Of a stretch of DNA of 64,000 nucleotides, positions 57,901 through 64,000 are shown one piece after another. The stretch's first letter is position 1. Every line of letters begins with the position of its first letter. The DNA comes from Coriobacteriales bacterium (GTDB taxonomy: Bacteria; Actinomycetota; Coriobacteriia; Coriobacteriales; UBA8131). Under the pieces are notes generated by a model, which had not been told where the DNA came from, searched no databases, and worked only from the letters and a program-made list of their open reading frames with translations. Both the position numbers and the translations under genes were made by a program. The stretch is from NCBI GenBank assembly GCA_031282405.1, contig JAITDU010000016.1:2587-66586 (forward strand). The letters are read 5' to 3'.

Positions 57901-59732
57901 ATGGGCGGGTTCGTCACCTGCGCGAAGTGCTGTTTGAAGTAGTTGAACAGAAGTTGGGGCCGCTTGGAAAGCACGGCCAGCGGCGCATCGTAGCCCATGG
58001 ATGATACGGGATCCTCGGCCCTCTGGGCGATGGCCTTGAGCGTCAGGTTCATATCTTCCCAGCTATAGCCAAAGAGCCGTTGTTTTTGACGCAGATCCAG
58101 GTCGGTGGTGGTCTGGCCGGTATTGTTCGCAACCTGTTCGGGGTCAGCGGCGATCTGCGTCGGATTGGTGTCTGCCTGGTTTGAATCGATGGTTATCTGC
58201 GTTAGGTTGGTGGCAGCCTGTTCTGCGCATGCAGATGGGCTGACCATGCGCCTCAGGCGTCCCACGTTGGCCTGACGTGTAGCCTCATTAATGCTTGCTT
58301 CGCGCTCTAAATTGATGAGTTCGTTCAGCGTGTCTCCCTCATCAGTATGTGCGGAAGGCAGATCATTTAATACTAGCATATTAGTATTTAACCACTGCCG
58401 ATAAGGATGTTTTGCTGCTGCCTGAGCCTTGAGCTCCGCATCCTCGATGATCCTTCCCTCCAGAGTGTCAATGAGCAGCATCCGGCCAGGACGTAATCGA
58501 TCTTTTTTAACAATGCGCGATTCCTCAACGGGTAAGACACCCACCTCGCTGGCCAGTATAAGCAGGCCGTCATCGGTAACGTAGTAGCGTGAGGGACGCA
58601 GGCCGTTGCGGTCCAATACCGCTCCCGCAAAGCGGCCGTCGGTAAAGGCCACGGATGCCGGCCCGTCCCAAGGTTCCACGAGACAGCTCATGTACTCAAA
58701 CAGCGCCCGGCGAGCCTCGTCCATCTGCTCGTTTTCCTCCCAAGGCTCGGGAATAGCCATGAGCACGCCTTCATGTAGCTTGTAGCCCGCGTTCATCAGA
58801 AGGTTCAAGAAATCATCAAGCATGGCCGAGTCCGAACCATCCTCGTTGATAGCCGGGAATACCCTGATTAATTCATCGCCGAACAGATGAGAGCGCATGC
58901 GAGCCTCGCGCGCTTTGACCCAGTTGACATTGCCGCGAATCGTGTTGATCTCGCCATTATGGATGATGTGATGCATCGGGTGCGCCCGCTCCCAACTGGG
59001 GAAGGTATTGGTCGAAAAACGCGAATGCACAAGCGCGATGGCACTCTTGACCTCGGTGTCTTTGAGGTCAAGATAAAAATCGTCTAATTGTGAGGGCAGG
59101 AGCATGCCTTTGTATACTATCGTGGCAGCAGAGATACTGGCCAGGTAAAAATAGGAATCCGCGTCATGAGCAGCCATACGGATGCTATTTTGGGCTATAC
59201 GCGATACAACATAGAGCTTGCGCTCAAAGGCCTCGGGATCCATTGTGGCCGGGCGGGCAATAAACACCTGACGGATGTTGGGCAACACCAACAACGCTGT
59301 AGGGCCGATGCTCCCCGGACTTACGGGTACGTTCCTGACGCCCAGAACCTCAAGTCCTTCAGCTTTGACTATTTGATTGAACTGGTCAACAGATTTTTTG
59401 CAGCGATCCTCATCCGGCGAGACAAACATCATGGCTACACCATACTCACCGTTTTGTTCAGGCAAGACGATGTCGTCTAGGGCCGCGACTCGACGCATGA
59501 AGTCATGGGGTATTTGGATTAAGATGCCGGCACCGTCGCCGGTCTCAGGTTCATAACCCACACCACCACGATGCGTTAGTGCCTCGAGGATCTGGATGGC
59601 GTCGGTCACGAGTTTATGGCTGCGTCGCCCGCCGATGTCTACGAGCATGCCGATGCCGCAGCTATCATGCTCAAATTCCGGCTGCCAAAGTCCTTGTTCC
59701 CGGCGATCGGGGCTATCAACAGTATTCAACAC
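54915..59732 (-). CDS. gltB: Glutamate synthase large subunit
   Basis: 1605 aa. Ntn amidotransferase start (EHDSCGIG), FMN/3Fe-4S central domains, C-terminal GXGXG beta-helix region. Contains a low-complexity insert of about 60 aa. Confidence 0.95.
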   Translation of the reverse strand: MLNTVDSPDRREQGLWQPEFEHDSCGIGMLVDIGGRRSHKLVTDAIQILEALTHRGGVGYEPETGDGAGILIQIPHDFMRRVAALDDIVLPEQNGEYGVAMMFVSPDEDRCKKSVDQFNQIVKAEGLEVLGVRNVPVSPGSIGPTALLVLPNIRQVFIARPATMDPEAFERKLYVVSRIAQNSIRMAAHDADSYFYLASISAATIVYKGMLLPSQLDDFYLDLKDTEVKSAIALVHSRFSTNTFPSWERAHPMHHIIHNGEINTIRGNVNWVKAREARMRSHLFGDELIRVFPAINEDGSDSAMLDDFLNLLMNAGYKLHEGVLMAIPEPWEENEQMDEARRALFEYMSCLVEPWDGPASVAFTDGRFAGAVLDRNGLRPSRYYVTDDGLLILASEVGVLPVEESRIVKKDRLRPGRMLLIDTLEGRIIEDAELKAQAAAKHPYRQWLNTNMLVLNDLPSAHTDEGDTLNELINLEREASINEATRQANVGRLRRMVSPSACAEQAATNLTQITIDSNQADTNPTQIAADPEQVANNTGQTTTDLDLRQKQRLFGYSWEDMNLTLKAIAQRAEDPVSSMGYDAPLAVLSKRPQLLFNYFKQHFAQVTNPPIDAIREHLITSSYVHFGSEGNLLEPDEGNCRVVRHDTPVLTTDEIARLRLIQAEGLAAVTLPILFDTQDPEGMSRALDDLFFACDRAIEHGYNIVILSDKGASEQRAPIPSLLASSGLHHHLVRKGTRTQVSIVVECGDAREAHHAALLVGYGANGVYPYLAYEIIEQMCATGLVDLTAADAVENYRRGLTGAIVKIASKMGISTVRSYHGAQIFEALGISSEVINRYFTGTASRIGGVTLKEIQQETLQRLREAFDPTGNETPLDTGGDYKWRSDGEYHLLNPETIYYLQQACRNGDYTLFKKFSASINDHSTEHKNIRGLLEIITAVKPIPIETVEPVEEIVKRFKTGAMSYGSISREAHECMAIAMNRLHAKSNTGEGGEDPVRFVADADGTSRCSAIKQVASGRFGVTIEYLNNAVEIQIKMAQGAKPGEGGHLPGKKVYPWVAGARFSTPGVELISPPPHHDIYSIEDLKQLIHDLKNANRDARISVKLVSEAGVGTIAVGVAKGLADVIVISGFDGGTGAAPRTSIRHAGLPWELGIAETHQSLLVNNLRNRVRLETDGKLFTGRDIVIAALLGAEEFAFATAPLIAMGCDMLRVCNLDTCAVGIATQNPELRHQFVGKPEYIENLMRFIAQEVREWMARIGVRKLTDLIGHVEFLRQAQAKRDTKAATVDLSRLLHQDKVADKASDRYFSQEQDHQLAKEFDMRTLLPLCRPAIEHGTPLNFNVQVSNRNRTIGTVLSSEIIRRRGSAGLPADSIHLKMSGSGGQSFGAFLAPGVTLELHGDTNDYLGKGLSGGRIIVTPPSGVNYEPSENIIVGNVAFYGATQGEAYLCGVAGERFCVRNSGVRAVVEGVGDHGCEYMTGGRAVILGSTGRNFAAGMSGGIAYVFDPRGDFERNCNTSSVILHAADADAKKTVRELLENHYRYTGSTKAKTILDDFDAAIQQFVVVIPTDYQKILDALKEAERKHIAANDAALYAFNTVVLGKAANL

Positions 59733-59821
59733 GCTGTAAACCTCTTTCGATTAATGGAAGTCCTATTTTACTCTATTTTGACCTGGGGGAGAAACCCGCG
59801 CCACTGGCTGGGAGTAACACC

Positions 59822-59906
59822 CACGAGGCGCGTGGCGTTGAGCTGGTTGAGACGTGTGGGTCAAGGGAACTAACCATAACACACACGAGGCGCGTGGCGT
59901 TGAGCT
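59822..59906. promoter_or_regulatory. Two perfect 23-bp direct repeats (cacgaggcgcgtggcgttgagct) upstream of gltB
   Basis: Copies at 59822-59844 and 59884-59906 (62-bp period), 90-175 nt upstream of the gltB start on the minus strand. Each contains ccacg/cgtgg-type dyad symmetry. Confidence 0.45.
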
Positions 59907-59954
59907 TTCGCTGAGGAAATAATTTGCACCATGAGCCGAAGAGGAGAAAAAACC

Positions 59955-60000
59955 TTGATGTCTTTGCCAATATCTTGTAATATGAGCATATGTTCATATT
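59955..60000 (+). promoter_or_regulatory. Candidate promoter plus ArsR/SmtB-type operator
   Basis: TTGATG-17 nt-TAATAT (59955-59983) overlapping a 22-bp imperfect palindrome, aatatgagcatatgttcatatt (59979-60000), about 50 nt upstream of the ArsR-family gene. Confidence 0.6.
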
Positions 60001-60046
60001 AAAATGAGTTGCCTAAAGAGAGCAGCCTCAATAGTCAGGAGCCGAT

Positions 60047-60478
60047 ATGAAGACATCAAAGGGAACGATAAGTTATTTCAGCAGCGACAATCAACTGCTC
60101 TGTCAAACTGACCAAGCCAGTGCCGAAGAACTGCTTTTGTGTCAAATCGAGCATGCTGACCCGGAACAAGAAGCGTGTTCGGTGGGAGCCATGCCCTCTG
60201 ATGAGGTCATCTACAAGGCCACCCAGATATTTTCGGCCTTGGCGGACTCCACACGCTTTAAGATACTGATGTCCCTCGCTGCGGGCGAACTCTGCGTTTG
60301 TGAACTGCAGGAAATCTGTGGAGTTTCGCAAAGCGCGGTCAGCCACCAACTGCGACTTTTACGTGACTGTGACCTGGTACGAGCTCGACGTGTCGGGCAA
60401 CGCGCAGTCTATCGATTGGCAGATTCTCACGTACTGTGCCTTCTCAACGTAGGTGTGCAGCACGCCTCAGAGGCCTGA
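60047..60478 (+). CDS. ArsR/SmtB-family metal-responsive repressor (CadC-like)
   Basis: ALADSTRFKILMSLAAGELCVCELQEICGVSQSAVSHQLRLL is a winged HTH with a CVC metal site, plus N-terminal Cys residues. Confidence 0.9.
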   Translation: MKTSKGTISYFSSDNQLLCQTDQASAEELLLCQIEHADPEQEACSVGAMPSDEVIYKATQIFSALADSTRFKILMSLAAGELCVCELQEICGVSQSAVSHQLRLLRDCDLVRARRVGQRAVYRLADSHVLCLLNVGVQHASEA

Positions 60479-60479
60479 C

Positions 60480-62276
60480 GTGGGCTGCTCCTGCTGCAAT
60501 TTTGATGACGGCGATCAGGTTATGCGTCAGATGCCCGAGAGCGACGCTTCTTCCCAAGCTGTTGAGGTTCTTTCCACCTGCTCTGGTGCTAGCGCAGAAG
60601 GTACTAGCGCAAAAACCTTGCAAGCGACCCGTGTAGTCAGTGCTTCGCACTCTGCTACGGCCGCACAACGCTCCATCCAGACTGCCGCTGGGGCAGACGT
60701 GGAACTCGACGGACAAAAACTCCCGTCCTCCAAGCTCTTGCTGGTCGTATGCGGCATTCTGGCACTCACGGGCACAGCCCTCCATATCTTTGCCGGCGAG
60801 TCGGCGGCTTGGGCGGCCTCCCTCTGTTCTGTCGGTGCCTCGGCTCTGGGAATGTATCTGATTTATCCCGAGGTCGCAGAAGCCATCAAAAAACGCCGCG
60901 TCGACATCAACATCCTGATGGTCGTGGCAGTCCTGGGCGCTCTGGCTCTTGGTGACTTTTCCGAAGCCGGCGTTGTCGTGTTTTTGTTTTGTGTGGGTGA
61001 ATGGCTTGAGGGTTTTGCCATCGATCGTAACCGCCGTTCCATCAGTGCGTTACTGGAGCTGACTCCGCCGCAGGTCCAGGTCATCCGCCAGGGACGTACG
61101 CTGGAGACAAGTCCGGAGCAGATCCGGGTGGGCGAGATAATCATCGTCAAACCTGGCTCACGCATACCCCTTGACGGCACAATAACCGAGGGCACCTCAC
61201 TCATCGACGAGGCCGCCATCACAGGAGAGTCCGTACCAGTAGAAAAGAGTGCAGGTTCCGCGGTCTATTCCGGCGCGTTGAACGTTAGCGACTTTCTCCG
61301 AATCAAGACGAGTGCCACGGTTGAAGATTCCACACTGGCCAGAATAGTAGAGCTGGTAAGAATATCGCAGCTGCAACGCAGCCCTTACGAACGCTTCATC
61401 AACCGCTTTGCCCGCTATTACACGCCGGCGGTGCTGGTGGCCGCAGTGCTCGTAGCTCTCGTTGTACCGTCGCTTGGCATGATGGGTTTGGCCGATTTGG
61501 GCGGCTTCGATGTGTGGGTCTATCGAGCTTTGTCCATGCTCGTGGTGGCTTGTCCCTGTGCTCTTGTTATCGCCACTCCGGTGAGCATAGTTTGTGCCAT
61601 GGCTCGAGCGGCCCGAAGCGGCATCATTGTAAAAGGCGGTGCTTTTTTAGAGCTGGCTGCCAAAATCGATGCCATTGCCTTTGACAAGACCGGCACGCTT
61701 ACACAGGGAGCGGGATTGAACCGCAATGAACTGCGCGACGAACTCAGGCCAGAGGCCGCCGAAGTCATGGACCGACTCAAGGCCATGCACGTACGGCACA
61801 CGGTCATGCTCACAGGCGACAAGCAAACCGTAGCTGCCGCGATCGGCCACAAAGCACATGTAGATCAGGTTCATGCCGAGCTTTTGCCGGAACAGAAACT
61901 GGATTGGCTAAGAACCTTGAAGCAAAAATACGGTCATGTGGCTATGGTTGGCGACGGCATCAACGATGCCCCGGCGTTGGCTTTGGCCGACGTGGGCATT
62001 GCCATGGGCGCCCTGGGTACCGACACGGCCATTGAGGCGGCCGATGTGGCCCTGATGGAAGACAGTCTGGCCGGCCTGCCGCGCTTTTTCAAATTGGCTC
62101 GCAAGACCGTGGCTACCATCAAGATCAACATCGCCTTTGCCCTGGTCATCAAGGTGATAGTCTTGGCACTCACCGTTGTTGGTGCTGCGAGTATGTGGGT
62201 GGCAATCCTGGCTGATACGGGTGTACTGTTAGCAGTTTTGCTGTTCAGCATGCGGCTGTTGCGCATCCGACTCTAG
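60480..62276 (+). CDS. P1B-type heavy-metal ATPase homolog lacking the nucleotide-binding (N) domain
   Basis: TGES, CPC (VVACPCALV), DKTGTLT, MLTGD, GDGINDAP are all present. Only about 35 aa lie between DKTGTLTQG and MLTGD, versus about 170 in my recalled S. aureus pI258 CadA sequence. No HMA domain. N-terminal CSCC motif. Start GTG 60480 or 60453. Confidence 0.85.
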   Translation: MGCSCCNFDDGDQVMRQMPESDASSQAVEVLSTCSGASAEGTSAKTLQATRVVSASHSATAAQRSIQTAAGADVELDGQKLPSSKLLLVVCGILALTGTALHIFAGESAAWAASLCSVGASALGMYLIYPEVAEAIKKRRVDINILMVVAVLGALALGDFSEAGVVVFLFCVGEWLEGFAIDRNRRSISALLELTPPQVQVIRQGRTLETSPEQIRVGEIIIVKPGSRIPLDGTITEGTSLIDEAAITGESVPVEKSAGSAVYSGALNVSDFLRIKTSATVEDSTLARIVELVRISQLQRSPYERFINRFARYYTPAVLVAAVLVALVVPSLGMMGLADLGGFDVWVYRALSMLVVACPCALVIATPVSIVCAMARAARSGIIVKGGAFLELAAKIDAIAFDKTGTLTQGAGLNRNELRDELRPEAAEVMDRLKAMHVRHTVMLTGDKQTVAAAIGHKAHVDQVHAELLPEQKLDWLRTLKQKYGHVAMVGDGINDAPALALADVGIAMGALGTDTAIEAADVALMEDSLAGLPRFFKLARKTVATIKINIAFALVIKVIVLALTVVGAASMWVAILADTGVLLAVLLFSMRLLRIRL

Positions 62277-62300
62277 CGCTTTGGCTTGGCATATCAACTT

Positions 62301-62560
62301 TAGCTGCCTGGCCCATTGGATCAGGCGATTTTGCAAAGCAGCAGTGACAGGGAAGCGCTGCGTAAGCGAGGACTGCTTGAGGCTAGCACCTACTTTGGTA
62401 CCTAGGATAAAAGTGTCTATCTGTCTTGTCATACAATAAAATGAAGTGACCCTTCTTTGTGTCTTTGCCAAAGTAGGTGCTAGCCGAGTTCCGCAGCTGC
62501 AGCGCTGAGGTGGCGCTGCGGGTGCGCAGCCATGAGCCTGATCCAATGGGCCAGGCAGCT
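62301..62560 (+). repeat. Nested imperfect palindromic element, copy 3 (different terminal IR, 69-nt loop insertion)
   Basis: Perfect 26-bp terminal IR tagctgcctggcccattggatcaggc / reverse complement. Core blocks are shared with copies 1 and 2. Central 17-bp stem at 62382-62398 / 62468-62484 encloses an AT-rich 69-nt loop. Confidence 0.85.
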
Positions 62561-62713
62561 AGCGTATGCCGCCCTGTCATATTTCAGCCTTGTCCGTTGT
62601 TTTCCGGAACAATACCTGCTACTCTTTTCTGGAGCAGTTTGAGCTCCGACAGACACAGCGCGCAATCATGTTGGGGCAGATTACATCATATGACGTCGTT
62701 ATGAGGGGTCGAC

Positions 62714-64000
62714 ATGAGCATTAAAGCCGCCTTTGTCCTACCGCATCCGCCGTTGCTGATCCCCGGTATCGGTGACACCGAAAAACCACGTGTGCGGGCC
62801 ACCCACGCTGCCTATGAGGAGGTGGCCCGGCAGATAGCGGCACTTGAGCCTGAGACCATCGTGGTATTTTCTCCCCACGCGACGCTCTGTCGTGATTATT
62901 TCCAAATATCGGCGGGACAGTCCGCCCAAGGCAATTTTGCTCAGTTTGGCCTGAGTGGAGCCAAGTTGCGCTACACCGTACGCTATGACAATGAGCTTGT
63001 GGGTGAGGTATCCCGACTCCTCAAAGAAGTGGGGCTGCCGGGTGGCAGCGAGCATGAGTATACACCGGAGTTGGATCACGGTTTTTTGGTGCCCTGGCAT
63101 TTTATCGCGCGTGCGCTCAGGCGCGATACTCGGGTCGTTCGTATCGGCCTGAGCGGCCTGGCACTGGATGTCCACCACCGCTTTGGCCAGTGCGTAGCCG
63201 CGGCGAGCGATGCCCTGGATCGTCGAGTCGTAATTGTGGCCTCGGGCGATCTTTCGCATCGCCTCTTGGCAGAAGGCCCCTATGGTTTTGCGCCTGAAGG
63301 CCCCCAGTTCGACCATGCGATAGTTGAGATACTGCGCACTGGTAATCTAGCTAATATATTAGCTATTGATGAGAACCTGAGCGAACAGGCAGGGGAGTGC
63401 GGGTTGCGTTCATTTGCCATGATGGCTGGCGCGCTGGACACGCTGACTGTTACGCCGCGCCTGTTTTCTTACGAGGGACCGTTTGGAGTGGGTTACGCCG
63501 TTGCCCGTTTTATCGTCACGCCCGGCGATGCCCCGAGAGCAACTTCCAACAAGTGGGAACAGGATGTGCCTGGCGCGCATGACACTGACGGTGAGCATAC
63601 TGTCGGCAAAGCCGCTGACGCAGAAAAGAAGGACACCTCTATCACAGCTTCTGCCGATGCTCCTGTCGATAGTGTTGCCGGCAAAGCCGCTGACATCGCC
63701 ACTGTTGCCGAAGCCGCCGGGCTCGTCGAAAGTGTACCTGTAGCTCTGGCGCGCGCGACGCTTGTAGCTTACTTTCGTGTGGGAGAAAGGCCAAACAGGA
63801 ACACCGCAGAAATTACCTCGGTCTTGGCGCAGGCTGCGTATGCGGGCACGGCGGGCACATCACTGCTGAAAGAGCTCGATAACCGGGCTGCCGGCGTTTT
63901 TGTGAGCCTGCACAGACAGGGTGAGTTGCGCGGCTGCATCGGCACGATCGGCCCGACTACGAAGAGTACGCTTGATGAGATCATCCAAAATGCCGTGAGT
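62714..64000 (+). CDS. Class III extradiol dioxygenase (LigB-like) domain fused to an AMMECR1 domain; 3' end outside the window
   Basis: Not in the ORF track because there is no stop. My own translation from ATG 62714 (after GAGGGG) is open to nt 64000. FVLPHPPLLIPGIG, ELDHGFLVPW, ASGDLSHRL match LigB. After an acidic linker, AGVFVSLHRQGELRGCIGTIGP matches AMMECR1. Confidence 0.8.
   Translation, partial: MSIKAAFVLPHPPLLIPGIGDTEKPRVRATHAAYEEVARQIAALEPETIVVFSPHATLCRDYFQISAGQSAQGNFAQFGLSGAKLRYTVRYDNELVGEVSRLLKEVGLPGGSEHEYTPELDHGFLVPWHFIARALRRDTRVVRIGLSGLALDVHHRFGQCVAAASDALDRRVVIVASGDLSHRLLAEGPYGFAPEGPQFDHAIVEILRTGNLANILAIDENLSEQAGECGLRSFAMMAGALDTLTVTPRLFSYEGPFGVGYAVARFIVTPGDAPRATSNKWEQDVPGAHDTDGEHTVGKAADAEKKDTSITASADAPVDSVAGKAADIATVAEAAGLVESVPVALARATLVAYFRVGERPNRNTAEITSVLAQAAYAGTAGTSLLKELDNRAAGVFVSLHRQGELRGCIGTIGPTTKSTLDEIIQNAVS

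Noticed and set aside
1-64000. Search by eye for rRNA, tRNA, CRISPR arrays, transposases, integrases, phage genes, toxin-antitoxin pairs and defence-system signatures.
   Set aside because: I found none. Every intergenic region over 100 bp was read, and none shows tRNA-like T-arm sequences, regularly spaced direct repeats with unique spacers, or recombinase ORFs. A proper tRNAscan, Infernal or PADLOC run would be needed to exclude them formally.

Overview
This window is mostly core chromosome from a moderately high-GC Gram-positive bacterium. Gene content and order suggest Coriobacteriia/Eggerthellaceae, but that is inference only.

**Gene layout**
- 1.4-17.2 kb: fused str/S10/spc ribosomal-protein super-operon (rpsL to map). 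It lacks tuf and ends after map.
- 17.6-31.7 kb: housekeeping genes hflX, nrdR, dut, hisC, aroA, cmk, plsC, ispH, a DUF512 radical-SAM-like protein, der, plsY, gpsA, rpe.
- 31.9-37.1 kb: Tat-exported DMSO-reductase-family molybdoenzyme locus (A/B/C subunits, TorD-like chaperone, small LuxR regulator).
- 37.2-42.0 kb: BceRS/BceAB-type peptide-antibiotic sensing and detoxification module.
- 42.2-50.1 kb: C1/tetrahydrofolate cluster resembling the methyl branch of the Wood-Ljungdahl pathway (folD, fchA, fhs, methyl-THF:corrinoid methyltransferase, MetF-MetV fusion, corrinoid reductive activase).
- 50.4-64.0 kb: an SDR, a small Cys-rich protein, a DUF360 membrane protein, an EFR1-type ferredoxin, gltBD, an ArsR/P1B-ATPase metal pair, and a partial LigB-AMMECR1 fusion.

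I found no rRNA, tRNA, CRISPR array, transposase or phage genes. I also see no convincing novel multi-gene system such as a defence island.

**Least explained signals**
1. A three-copy family of 190-260 bp nested imperfect palindromes in intergenic regions. The copies show compensatory stem changes and conserved unpaired blocks.
2. A P1B-type ATPase with an in-frame loss of the whole nucleotide-binding domain.
3. A 75-aa Lys/Ser/Thr/Ala-rich repeat extension on ribosomal protein L30. It is part of a wider pattern of low-complexity or tandem-repeat insertions in housekeeping proteins.
4. A secreted protein whose ricin-B lectin domain sits in a different reading frame.
5. Unusually long, repeat-containing spacers inside the ribosomal operon.
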